DNA of 64,000 nt from NCBI GenBank assembly GCA_043228905.1, contig JBHGNT010000018.1, positions 2,170,001 through 2,234,000 of the forward strand, written 5' to 3'. The notes under the pieces were generated by a model, which saw only the letters and a list, made by a program, of their open reading frames with translations, was not told the DNA's origin and did no database searches. Positions 52,419 to 64,000 of the stretch are shown piece after piece (positions within the stretch are counted from its first letter, which is position 1; each line of letters starts with the position of its first letter). The translations under genes and the position numbers were made by a program. Source of the DNA: Azolla caroliniana (Eukaryota; Plantae; Polypodiophyta).

Positions 52419-54761
52419 TCATGGAACCGTCTCATGTGAAGCTACAGATATGTTTGCCATTAATACATAAGGTTCTGCCCTTTGGGGATCTAACCAAAAT
52501 ATTTCGTCAGCTACCCTTCTTCCTCGATCAAGGTCACCATGCACTCGACAAGCTCCAAGCAAACTCATCCACATTATTGGATCTCCTCCACAAGGTGACC
52601 GTTTCACAAAACCTTCCGCATCCGAAAGCCGCCCGACCCTACCCAAAAGATCAATGATACATGCATAGTGTTCAGCAGTGGGTGTTACCATATAACATTC
52701 TTCTTCCATCAAGTTAAAGAAGCGTAATGCCTCTTCTACGAGACCGGCATGGCTACATGCATATAGGAGGTTGGTAAAAGTAACATCGTTTGCAAAGAAG
52801 CCTTGTGAACACATTTCGTCGAATAATGCAACAGCCTCCTTGGCCTGCCCATTTTGGGCATAGCCTACTATCATGGCGTTCCATGATATGTCATTTCGAC
52901 CATGTAATTGGTCGAATACATCTCGGGCTTCAGTTAAGTTCCCACATTTAGCATACATATTTACAAGGGAAGTACCAATGATAACATCTGCTTGCAAACC
53001 TGCTTTTCTTATGCTTTCATGGATCTTCTTACCCTCTGGTAGGTCGGTTGTTACAGAGCATGCAGTAAGTATAGTGGCAAATGTTACATTGTCTGCGCAA
53101 ACACCCTTTGTTTGCATGGTTTTATATAGTTCCAGAGCCTTTCTAGCATCCCCTACTTGCATATACATAGCCATGAGGCTATTCCATAAGCCAACATTTC
53201 GGATGCGTGCTTTACCAAACACTTTCTCAGCATCCTCAGCACTTCCACACTTGCCATACATACTTATGAGTGAAGTTTGTAGTTCCACATCTTGATTGAA
53301 TCCGAAACTGTTAAGTGCTGTTGCATGGATTTGCTTGCCTTTTGATAGTGATTCTGGGCAAACGCAAGTCATAAGAACAGTAGTGAAGGCACACCTATCT
53401 GGAGATACTCCTTCAGTGAGCATTTGCTGATAGAATTGAAAGGCTTCAAATACATGGCCATGATATAAATATGATGCAATCAAAGCTGTCCATGATTCAA
53501 CATTCCTTATAGAGACTCTATCGAACACCTCTTGTGCATCTCTTACAGTACCACCACATCTAGTGTACATGCTAATGAGTGCAGTTACCACATAAGCATT
53601 CATCTCAAAATTATATTCAATTATTTGTGCATGAATCAAGTTCCCTTGTGGTAGAAAACAAGGTTCAATAACCGCACAGAGGCTACAAACAAAAGTGACT
53701 TGGCTGGGTTCCAGACCTTGTTTCATCATCTCTTGGTAGAGGAGAAGAGCGTCTGTCTCATGTCCATGTTGGGTATATATAGTGATCATAGTGTTCCATA
53801 GAATAGTATCCCCATGTGGAAGGCTCCGAAACACATTTGCAGCATCTGATAAACTACCACATTTGTTGTAAGTGTTGATAAGAGAAGTTCCGAGAACTAT
53901 GTCAGATTCATAACCACAATACATTAGGCAAGAATGAAGAGCTTTGCTTCTGACAAGACTCGATGACATTCCACATGAACCAAGAAATGCAACAACGGCA
54001 TACTCAGTCGGTTTCACACCTTCGAGGACCATGCGATCATAAGCACAAATGGCATTCTCAGAGAAGCCAAATTGGTTATATGCTACAATTATGGCACCGT
54101 ATAGGATCGAATCTCTCTCTTCTGAGAGTTCAAAGACTGAAATGGCATCGGAAAGGTTACCACATTTGGAATACATGTTAACCAAAGCTGTCTTCATCAC
54201 AACATCATCTTTGAGATCAGCATTATCAATGAAAGTATGCAGTTCTTTTCCTCTTTCTAGATCTAACAATGTGGAACAAACCCCTATCATGCAAAGACAA
54301 AGGATTCTATCTGGTTTTAAACCCTCTTTTAGCATAGATTTGTAGTAGTTAAGTGATTCTTTAGGTTGCCCATGTTGAGCAAATACATCGATGATGGATG
54401 TCCATGAATAAACATTCTTCTTGTGTTGCAAGGATTTAAACACACAACGTGATTCTTGCAAAGACCCAAATTTTCCATAAAGCCCTATGACGAGATTAAG
54501 CAAGAATGGACTAATTTGATCTTGCCCATTTATAAGAATCTCATGATGGGCTATCCAAAGGCTTCTTCTTGTGTTACAACTTCTCAGAGCCGAAGTAATG
54601 TTTAACGGTTTGTCGTTTTTGTCAATGGCAGGGCATTTACCTGAAGAATCCTCTGTTTCAGAGTGAAAAACTTGTCGGATAGTTCTTATCGATGGATGGA
54701 TTATTCTGGGGAGCTTTCGTGAAGGGTAGAACCATGGCATCAATGTATGCCAATAGAGCAT
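52419..54761 (-). CDS. PLS-E class pentatricopeptide repeat protein, truncated in E2, no DYW
   Basis: Intronless ORF (first ATG at 54761) with PLS triplets, ACSHAGLVEEA...EHYACIIDLLGRVGRL, E1 WMSLLGACRVHGD, then PYVLMANI and a stop soon after. Confidence 0.93.
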   Translation of the reverse strand: MLYWHTLMPWFYPSRKLPRIIHPSIRTIRQVFHSETEDSSGKCPAIDKNDKPLNITSALRSCNTRRSLWIAHHEILINGQDQISPFLLNLVIGLYGKFGSLQESRCVFKSLQHKKNVYSWTSIIDVFAQHGQPKESLNYYKSMLKEGLKPDRILCLCMIGVCSTLLDLERGKELHTFIDNADLKDDVVMKTALVNMYSKCGNLSDAISVFELSEERDSILYGAIIVAYNQFGFSENAICAYDRMVLEGVKPTEYAVVAFLGSCGMSSSLVRSKALHSCLMYCGYESDIVLGTSLINTYNKCGSLSDAANVFRSLPHGDTILWNTMITIYTQHGHETDALLLYQEMMKQGLEPSQVTFVCSLCAVIEPCFLPQGNLIHAQIIEYNFEMNAYVVTALISMYTRCGGTVRDAQEVFDRVSIRNVESWTALIASYLYHGHVFEAFQFYQQMLTEGVSPDRCAFTTVLMTCVCPESLSKGKQIHATALNSFGFNQDVELQTSLISMYGKCGSAEDAEKVFGKARIRNVGLWNSLMAMYMQVGDARKALELYKTMQTKGVCADNVTFATILTACSVTTDLPEGKKIHESIRKAGLQADVIIGTSLVNMYAKCGNLTEARDVFDQLHGRNDISWNAMIVGYAQNGQAKEAVALFDEMCSQGFFANDVTFTNLLYACSHAGLVEEALRFFNLMEEECYMVTPTAEHYACIIDLLGRVGRLSDAEGFVKRSPCGGDPIMWMSLLGACRVHGDLDRGRRVADEIFWLDPQRAEPYVLMANISVASHETVP

Positions 54762-55014
54762 GAGATCCTGAAGAAGGAACAATATAGAGTTTCAGAGCTT
54801 CAATGATTAAATAAGCTCAAGTTTTGTCTCGGTTAGTTTTGGGCGGTCCAAAGTTCAAATCTCAATTATTAAGAGAGAATACATCCAAATTTTCAATAGC
54901 TTTGAGAATTGAAAGACCAGTGACTTTCTCACTATTTCCCCAAAAATGCCCCTATTTGTAAGTCAAGGGATACATGAGGATGTGGCTACAAAAACTAGAG
55001 TCTCGAGGGTTCGG

Positions 55015-55273
55015 ATCCTTCCTAGCCTACAAGAAACCAATCATCTTCAAAATGCCCATTATATCTTGCCCGGGAGCCTACCTTCAATCTTGAGTTTGGG
55101 CCAAAAGGAAGAAAGCATAACAAACCTAGATCTCCGATTTGGCCCGTCAATCCTTCCTAGCCTATTCGAAACCAATCCATCTTCAAAATACCCCTTATAT
55201 ATCTTGGCCGGGAGTCTGTCCTTCAATCTTGAGTTTGGACCAAAAGGAAGAAAGCATAACATACCTTGATCTC
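55015..55273. repeat. Tandem duplication, about 135-bp period x2
   Basis: ATCCTTCCTAGCCTA...CCTTCAATCTTGAGTTTGG.CCAAAAGGAAGAAAGCATAAC at about 55015 and about 55150. Confidence 0.85.
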
Positions 55274-57559
55274 ATAACAAAAGGAAGAGGTGTGGGTTTA
55301 TATCCATCCGTTTTTAGCTAAAACTTTTAACATAAAAAGGAGCACTTAACAAGATTGCAAAGCATCAATTTGTTTGTTTTTCACCAAACTCCAAAAGGAG
55401 GTTGATGACATTTTTGAGCCTTCACCTATAATTTCATGCTCATGCCTAAAAGATCTAATGACAAAGAATTTTGCCATTCCATTTTATGCTCATATTTTCT
55501 TCTTTTGCGGTACGATTAGCTCACTCAATTCTATGGATATGCATATGTGCTTATCTCATTTCTCCAAATTCCCTTGCCCAACCCATGTCTTCCTATTTGA
55601 TTGTCAATTCTTCCCTCATTTCTCAAATATATGAGTAGTTATATAGTCTCTCTCATTCAAAAAAACCCAAAACCAAAGTGCAGGAATAACTCCATTAACA
55701 CCCAAAGAAACCACACAAGGGATGCCCAATAAATCAACACATTGGTAGAGAAAGAACAAGCAAGCAACGATATTGACAAGAAATAGTCATCCTAGAAGTC
55801 CATGCATCATTTTATGGTTTGGCCGTAAGTCACCAACATGCATAAGGGATGGATCATGGAGCATAATAAATAAAGTTATTTATAATGAGATGTTGTGAAA
55901 GCGCAAGTGTTCATTTGTATATCATGGAATAGACTACATCAACATGTAAGGGTTAATAGTATTAGGTAAGTTGAATTAAGCGACAATTGTCATGGACACA
56001 CCAACTATGTATTTCATGTCATGTGTTGTGACAACAATAGGAAGAAAAAGGTGGAATGGTTATTAGAAGCAGGATAAGTGGAGCTAACAGTGTGAGTATG
56101 AAGGCATGGAGGTGAGAGCATGTTGACATTTTATCTACTTTCTGTAATGCATGCTATTGATTCAACATATGGAAATTTGAGTTTTTTGCTTCCAAAATCT
56201 ACAAGTGTAAAGAGTTATGCATGTAATGGAGCACCAAATACTCGTTGTACACAAACATTTAGAAAACAAAAGAAAAATCTTATTTTCCATTCACAACAAA
56301 CATAATGTTTTTCTAATATTTTATGTTATGCATGTGGAATCTCATACATTACCCAAAAATGGGTTCCATTTCCATTGAGCAAAGAAGATGGTCACTAGCC
56401 AAATTAACTTGTCATAATGCAGATCCAATGACTTTGATGCAAATACATGTATGCACACCACCACCCAAGCATGTCCTTTCAAGGGGCAATGTTGTCGTTT
56501 TTTGAGCCGACATGTTGTCCTTTTTTGAGTGGACAAAACAATGACAATTCCCATATTCTTAACCAATTTTTAGGAGCACACAGTTAACGTCTTGACCACA
56601 AGCTTAACATTATAAAAATCATTTTTATGGGGAAAGCAACAAACAAACAAATATATATATATACAACTACACATTCACATATATATACAACTACACATTC
56701 ACACACACATACATATACATACATACATACATATATATATATATATAATCTCAACAATTTCAAATACAACAACCAACTCACGAATCTATAACAAATAATT
56801 TGTGGGGCATCTAAACTATATTATAAGGATAAAGGCAATGCACGCCAATGCTTTCACATCGGGTGTTAGCATATATTGTCTTGTTAACATAAAGATGATC
56901 ACCGATTTACAATTTAATGTTACAAGAATACTATAGAGTTACGAATGAAACATAATCAAGATTAGGTAGTGGTAACTCCATTTGAAGTGGACAAGAGGTT
57001 CCCAAAATGGGTTCTTGTTGGGGAATAATAAAATATTAACAGAGATCATGTTGTGTTGGGCCATAGGTTGAGTGGAAAAGAGGCCTTCTCAAAATGGGTT
57101 CCCTTTTGGACAAAATAAGGTGTCAGTCTAATAAATGGTTTTCACACAAAGGTGAATGCTATCCAAACTCTCCTTTGACAACATTGATTACCACTTTTGG
57201 ATAACATGGGGAATTAGGGCTAAACTACATGCATTGAATGTTGTCTAGACTTCAATAGTATATAATAGTTATTATGCAAAGTGGCACATGCACTTACAAG
57301 TGTTTAGAATTATAGAATGGTATTGTTGTAGAAGCGTAAATATGAACATACATGGAAAGAAAATGATTATATATTCCATGAAACACTCAATTATCCTGGT
57401 AGAAAATTTCTATTATCCATGTTATTGAAGATAATGAGTCTCTTGTTAAATTTGAGAGATCTCTTCTATTCGACGAAGAGTAAATATTATTATAAAACTA
57501 GATGGAATAATGTGGGGATAAATTGTGTTGCATGTCATGGAGAAAAAAGAGAGTTCTTT

Positions 57560-58190
57560 CGTTATTTTTAACAATCAATGTTGGCTGCCTATTTTCATGG
57601 GGATCGGTGACGTGGGGAATGCTACATTCCAGTTTGATGTTGTATGAGGCAAACGATGTTCAAGAGGCAATGATGGTACATAATAGAAGATTGATATTAG
57701 TCAGCCCCTTTCAACAACCTCGAAAGCAGGTGCGATCTGTCCAGATATGGAAAATAGTGACTACAATAACGTTATGGGCGTTATGGAAATGTTGCTGCAA
57801 CCGACTTTATGATGTGGCAGATCAACGCCTCTTAGATGTCTTGATTGAGATATGGGAGAACTTGCTGGTAATAGTCCGCAATCAATATGACAACATGCAG
57901 GGTTCACCAGAGACTGTGAACAAGAGAAAGAAGAAGCGCCTTCACTTATGGAAAAAGTTACCCTTGTTTATAGAGTCAACTCAAGGGCCTCAATGGAACT
58001 GCCAAGTCCTTCGTGAATACAAGTGAATCACGACAGAGTGCAACAACAAATTTCAATACCTTTTGCAAAGTCCTATCTTCGGTCTTAGGATTATAGTATT
58101 ATCATTGTACATGGAAAATTGTAAGCTTTCTAGGCACACAAGCTTAAGTTGTAGCATTTACATGTCTTTTCTTAATACTACTGAGGAAAA
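57560..58190 (+). mobile_element. LINE (L1-like) 3' remnant
   Basis: ORF 57523-58026 has ITLWALWKC..NRLY..LIEIWENL...QYDNM.G...W, homologous to the post-zinc-finger C-terminus of the LINE at 59359-60397. Boundaries approximate. Confidence 0.6.
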
Positions 58191-58609
58191 TCTTTGAAGA
58201 AGAAAGAGAATTATGAAGTGCAAAAAATTGTATTAAGTGGCATTTATTTCTTTACTACTTGCACGGACCATTTTTCTTCTTTACTTTCTTAGGAGTTGTA
58301 ATAGCATATATTCTCTTTACGTTGTCTCGTTTGTGTTTCTATAAATTATACGTATTTGTTACCTTTTCCTTCTTTTATTTGACTTTGCATTTCCATTTTC
58401 ATGGGGCTTGTCCTTGAGTAATTACTTACCCGTTATGATCACAAATGCTTGACAACATTTGATACATGGAAGATTCAAGCTCTTTTATTTTATTTTCATC
58501 AATCATGTCATAAAATGTGCCTCCCTTTTATCATACGAATGAATAGATTCTCATAACCTCTTGGCAATTTGTCATGACTAATCCTTTAATAACATTAGAT
58601 GCTCTTGAT

Positions 58610-60522
58610 CAAGGTTGTTAGGTACGTTAGGTACGGTACGGATACCAGACGTATTTAACGTATTAATACCCGTATAGTACCTCCCAATTTAAAAATACGT
58701 TAAATACATTTTCTTAATATGTTCAATACTTATAAAATACGTAAAATACGTATTTTGTGTATAGTACGTTAAATACTTCTAGAATTTGAAGATTATTTAC
58801 CTTTCTAAAAAATATCTATAATATTGTAAAATACATCTATGTTTACACAATTTTGTGATATACAATATAGTTCTACATCCTAAAATGCATATAAGACATT
58901 TAAACATTTCACATCCTAAAATACTTGTAGTAATATGGATGTCGAGATTCCCTTATTCTATAAATCAATGTAAGTGTGTATCACGATGTTCTACTTCAAA
59001 TTGTAATTATTTATAATTATACCTTCATAGATTGAGGAATCATCTACCATTATCACACTCATGATAGGTTTGTCTTTTCTTCATTTTCTTCTTCTTCTTC
59101 TTCTTCTTCTTCTTCTTCTATCTTCTACGATTATCACACTCAAGACAGGTTTATGTCTTCTTTTCTCTCTTCTTCTTCATCTTCATCTTCTTTATCGTCG
59201 TCTCTTCTATTCTTCTTTCTTACTTCCTTTGGCTTCTTTTTCACTAAAATCTTTTTTTTCTTTTGCGTTTTGTTGGGGTTTTACTTACATTTTATTTATT
59301 TATTTATAAATACGTATTATACTTGTTTGTTTATAAATACATTAAATACCGTATTGGATGCCATTCGAGTACTCGTGTACACTGGCCATAAATGGATTGT
59401 AGATCCTGATCCGATCAAAGTACAACCCGAGTGGCATATATGTACTCATGAAAACACATGGCTATGTAAGGTTAGTTGGGACCCTTTGCAATGGACATGG
59501 CGTGATCCCTACGCGGGGCAAGGAAGCAAACCCATCCCTTTCTTCCAATTCACAACTAGATTGGGTCGCCACATTCTAGCTGCTCAAGCTGCCCGAGAAC
59601 TGGCTGCTGCGAAGGTTTGGCACACATTTCAAGTTCCCTCCGCAATAATCACCAAGTTTTGGCAGAAAATCTGGAAGCAACAACACGCGAGGCGAATTAC
59701 CACTTTCCAATGGTTGTTAATACATAAGTCCCTACCGGTGGGAGCATGGCAATGTGGGAACCTTAGCTCTCCTAATTGTGTAGAGTGCCCACATGCAGTA
59801 GAATCCATATGACACACTCTATGGGATTGCCCAATGTCCCATCGAATATGGCGGGGGGTTGGCCGCTTGTTGCAATTATGCCAGGTCCAAGGTTCAATCA
59901 AGTGGGGAAATATATGTTGGCTATCATGGCAGGCTGCAATTGGCCAATACGAGCATCAGGAGGAGGGGATGACTTTGGTGATAAAAGCACAAGCGGTCCT
60001 TTTTCTCCTCTAGCGGCAATGTCCACTCTATTCCTCTTAATGACAAATCTCAAGAGGTCTTAGAATTGGTTAGCCCAATAACCCTTTGGATTCTATGGAA
60101 ACAATGATGTAGGCGAGTCTTCTCCAACCAAACCGCCCATCCAAAAAGGTTACTGCAAGAGATATGGAGTGAAATTGTAGCCACTATGAAGAGCCAATAT
60201 GATGGCCTTAAGGGCGGCTCTGAGGGAGTTGAAAGACAACGCATAGCCTTCATCCAACAATGGTCGTCCTCTCCCTTTCTTGAGTTAGTGGGCATCCACA
60301 TAAGATGGAACTATCGTGTCCCTTTAGGGATTTGTACATAATCGTCTCATTTGTAAAATTTTATAACTAATGGAAGGAGTTTTTTTTTGGAAAAAAAAAA
60401 TACCGTATTGGACAAATGTACATGATATTTGACTGAACAACATTGAGGTATAGTATGTACTATACAAATGATGAGGTACTATACGTATTTAAACGTTAAA
60501 TACGGGTACGTAAACAACCATG
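58610..60522. mobile_element. Non-autonomous hAT element, third TIR family, containing a LINE insertion
   Basis: TIRs CAAGGTTGTT / AACAACCATG; 8-bp TSD CTCTTGAT (58602-58609, 60523-60530); many AATACG/CGTATT subterminal motifs. Confidence 0.88.
59359..60397 (+). mobile_element. 5'-truncated LINE (zf-RVT region and 3' end)
   Basis: FWQKIWK....R...FQWLLIHKSLPVG.W.....CVEC....ESI*HTLWDCP (zf-RVT-like); poly(A) at about 60391-60400; TSD AAATACCGTATTGGA at 59344-59358 and 60398-60412. Confidence 0.88.
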
Positions 60523-63206
60523 CTCTTGATTATAATACATATATTAGTCATTTGACTATATAATCTGAAACTCAAACACTTTCATATGCACGCAATAATG
60601 TTTGATATTATACTTTTCCATATTAGAGAAGTAGAGTGACAGTTCTAAATTTGCAAGGATGACCAAGCTTTGAGTCAATAAATGTTTAGGCTCCTCCCTC
60701 TTATGCAATCTTGCTACTTTTGACTTCTATATGATGCCCAAAAAGGAGTCAAATTTATTCCCCAATGGAAAAAGTAGAAGAAGAGAACGAGGAAAAATGC
60801 AATAGATATTACGCATTTGATTGTGATAGCCACATAATGGTTTATTCTCGTTCAATTGAAAATAGAGTTCTAGTTAGTTTATAGAGGTCACATCAACATG
60901 TTCTATGTGTCTAGTAAAATTCTCAAAATAATGAGAACAATTAGTGAGAGAATTGTGAGTAAAAAAAGCAAGACAACAAAGACAAGAAAAAAAACAAGAA
61001 ACAAGAGGAAATAATCTCGTGTTGTTTGTTTCACAATGGAGAGGAGCATACTCTAAATGGGCTCATGCTCTCAAGCATAGTTATAATTGTAGAACGTTAG
61101 ACATCTTATAAATGATTGAAAACACTCATACATCCACACATATCCATGGGCCATTATATTTTAGAGTGTATTGGATAGCCTTAGGCCCTTTTCATAATAA
61201 GATGGAGGAAGTTGCATCATTATTTTCAGCATTTCCTCTTGAAGATACCGTTTTGAAGCCCTTCCTTCCATGTCTACGTGATGGAAGAATATACTATATC
61301 CAATGAAAGGATCCTTTCATAAGCTGAAGGCCTTTGTAAATTTAGTGATATAGTCATTGCAAAGTTGATCAAGAAGCCATTGCTTGATACTTCTCACGTT
61401 CTTCATCATGTTTGATTGTTTCTAAAGCTCTTGGCAATGGTTTAATGCCCACATTTTCTCTTAATGATCCACGACCACATCATAAAACTCTTGGATATTT
61501 GATTATATTAAAGTAAAACTTTGCAATCACCACAAAAAACATAACATGATGGACAAGGTGGTTGTTTGGTTTAAATGTGTGGCTAACTCGTTTATGCTTG
61601 AAAAAACTTAAAAAGTGATGTATTGCAAATTGATGCATTTATATGCAAAACTAGAAAGCCTTTGGGTGATATTGGAAAAAGTTTGAACCTTGTTTGGTTG
61701 TGTGAATAATTGTAGCACTCTCATCAATGGGTCCAATGGCTCAATAGATGTTTAAAGATTCGTGTCCACATGGTTCCATGTTTGGATATCATATAAAGAT
61801 ATTGCATAGGGTATATAACACGATGAGCACATGTATGTGAACATGAATACCAAGCTTAATTGTAATTAAATTTCTTTTAAGAATCTAAATAAAACTCATG
61901 ATAACACATGATATTCATATTTACGTTTCTTGATCACTTGTAAAGTTTATGAATGAACGTTCCGTCTTGGGATGGAGTTCTTGCATTTTTTAAAATGTAA
62001 ACGAAGACATTTTAGGCAAACACTTATGGATGAGCGAAGCTATATAAAAATCATAATGGCATGTCATGCGCTTTTTCCAATCCCTTCGGGTTTTGCGGAA
62101 ATACCAATTCTTTAAACCTATTGGCTTTCCTCTACATATAAGCAGCCGATGCTCTTTAAATGAGATTATTTCTACATAGTCAATCAACATAAAAAGACAA
62201 AAGACTACCCACGCAACAAAGAATTATGCAAAATATGAAAACGAACTATCACAACGAAGAATTCCGCAATATGAAAACGAGATGCCATCATGAAGACCTC
62301 TACGATATGAAAACGACATGCCAAGAGAGCGAAGATGTGTAGGTTGTCTAATTCTGTTTGGTCGACAAAACCGAAGCTAAAAACATCTAGTTGGCTCTAG
62401 GTGCCAGATACAATCATCGACAATGTAGTGGTCGAGCTAATTTAACTGGAGCAAGTGATGGATAGAGAAACACTTAGTTTGGGGGGGATGATAAGGAGGG
62501 TCCTGCTTGACACCTTGTGCGGGTTTGTTTGGGGGAGAGGAGGTTTTCAAATGCCAAAGCGAAACCTAGGAGAGACACTACAGATGGGTCGGGTTGATCA
62601 CGTTCACGAAAGGATAAGGATGGGAATGAAGGTAGAACCCTTAATTGCATGGATAAGCATTTGGATGAAGGATAAGGTTATTGCACAAAGATGAGAACCA
62701 TGCCATCAATATATAATAATAAAAACACTAATGTGGAAAAGAGGAAAAAGGGAGGTGGCAAAGGTTTTGAAGAATGACAATTTTTAAAGAAGAAAGAAGA
62801 TGCTTTATGGTCCCCTTGGCTTTCCTTTTAAGTATGTAATAAGGACCTTTAAAAAAAGAACAATATAACACATTTATTTTATTCATTTAGGTGACTAAAT
62901 AATAGAAGAAAGAAATGATGCTTTATGTATGTATGTATGTATCCAATTACATATACATATTTATTATTCACAAAAAGCCAGTCAGTTAAAAGAAGGATTT
63001 TTGTAAAATAAAATCCTTCTTGAAAAGGATCTTTTTCTTCAAGATTCTTTAGAAAGATTCTTTTTCACCAGGATCTAAGGGGTCAAGAAGAAGGAGGAGA
63101 AGAAGAAGAAGAAGATGGTAATGCAGGGGTTTGCTTTGTTTCTAAGGTCTACCTCCCCCCCAACTTCTTTCTCTCTCTTTTTTTTATCTAATTACACTCC
63201 CATTTT

Positions 63207-63263
63207 CTAACCCTAACCCTAACCCTAACCCTAATCCTAGCCCTAGCCTTAACCCAACCCTGA
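63207..63263. repeat. Short interstitial telomere-like (CCCTAA)n array
   Basis: CTAA + (CCCTAA)4 followed by degenerate TCCTAG CCCTAG CCTTAA CCCAA CCCTGA. Confidence 0.8.
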
Positions 63264-63772
63264 GTTTCTTTTTCTATATAAAAAAATGATGTTGAACAAA
63301 GTTGGGTTGAAAATTTTGTCTTCCAATAGCATATAATTATTTCATATGCTTTTGTTTTGGGCCTTAATTGGAATACCTCAGGCTCTCCCTCCCTCCCTCC
63401 CTCTCTCCCTCTCCCTCTCTCTCAGAAGGAGAAGAAGGTAGCTTGATTTTTTGTTTGTAAATTGAAGATAATTTCCGAGGACATTTAAACAGTCTGACAT
63501 GGATTTCGTTCCTTGTCTCTGTTTTTCTCAATGATTGAAAACACAAAATTCACTCTGACTTTGAATAGGATTCAAGCACAGAAAATTAGGGTTCTTTCTG
63601 TTCTCTCCATCCCTCTCTCTAGGGTTTTGAATAAGGAGAAACGTTTTATTGATTTACTCAGTTTTTTTTATTTATAATTTTTGCTTCTTCTTCTTCTTCT
63701 TCTTCTTCCAATGGGATCATGACTTGCAGATTGAGGAGAGGATTGAGTGAACATCTGAGGTTATTGGCAGCT

Positions 63773-64000
63773 ATGACAATGTCGTCTGGTGAGATCTCAG
63801 TGCTCCCACATGTAATAAGGCCCTGTCTGATCTCAAGCCCTCTCTCTGCTTCTGATGCAGCATCAGCAACAGCAGATGAGCTCTCCACTACAATCTCTGC
63901 CTACAGTTATCTGCAGCAATCCAAGAGAACCTACATGAATTCCAACGAGTCCTCATATAAGAACCATTTGATGCCTTCAAGTGCTGCAGGAAAGCCATGG
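63773..64000 (+). CDS. 5' start of an unidentified protein-coding gene (runs off window)
   Basis: Frame open from 63719 to the window end; ATG at 63773 follows a pyrimidine tract and TTGCAG acceptor near 63729. Translation MTMSSGEISVLPHVIRPCLISSPLSASDAASATADELSTT...; no family recognised. Confidence 0.45.
   Translation, partial: MTMSSGEISVLPHVIRPCLISSPLSASDAASATADELSTTISAYSYLQQSKRTYMNSNESSYKNHLMPSSAAGKPW

Noticed and set aside
55700-57300. Cys/His-containing short minus-strand ORFs, possibly a SWIM/MULE remnant
   Set aside because: Motif spacing is unconvincing and no termini were found.
61100-62700. Degenerate coding-like minus-strand sequence, possibly a transposase remnant
   Set aside because: Many stops and no diagnostic motif I could confirm.
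63658-63888. 76-aa minus-strand ORF ending in poly-Glu
   Set aside because: Antisense shadow of the plus-strand ORF and a (CTT)n tract; starts at GTG after stops.

Overview
AT-rich, intron-containing land-plant nuclear DNA. An intact axonemal dynein assembly factor (DNAAF6/PIH1D3) together with PLS-class PPR genes points to a plant with flagellated sperm, most plausibly a fern (inference). Eight genes could be modelled by hand with GT-AG introns: a GH9 endoglucanase (3'-partial), DNAAF6, two PLS/E-type PPR genes, RAF2/PCD-like, plastid GrpE, a METTL13/spermidine-synthase-like methyltransferase and RPL36. An unidentified ORF runs off the right edge. Intergenic DNA holds several non-autonomous hAT elements (three with perfect 8-bp TSDs, two of them the identical CTTGGGAG), an RT-deleted Copia with LTRs/PBS/PPT/TSD, a second Copia 3' remnant, two LINE 3' fragments and many short tandem duplications. 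Two structures stand out. The first is a nested Pack-hAT-like element carrying a captured membrane-protein ORF that was split by the Copia and ends in a 117-bp hairpin. The second is the methyltransferase locus, which has a 4x-amplified inverted copy of its own 5' coding sequence just downstream and a long inverted repeat in its upstream intron, a possible nascent hairpin/small-RNA locus. All assignments come from reading the sequence and recalled family motifs; no database searches were run.
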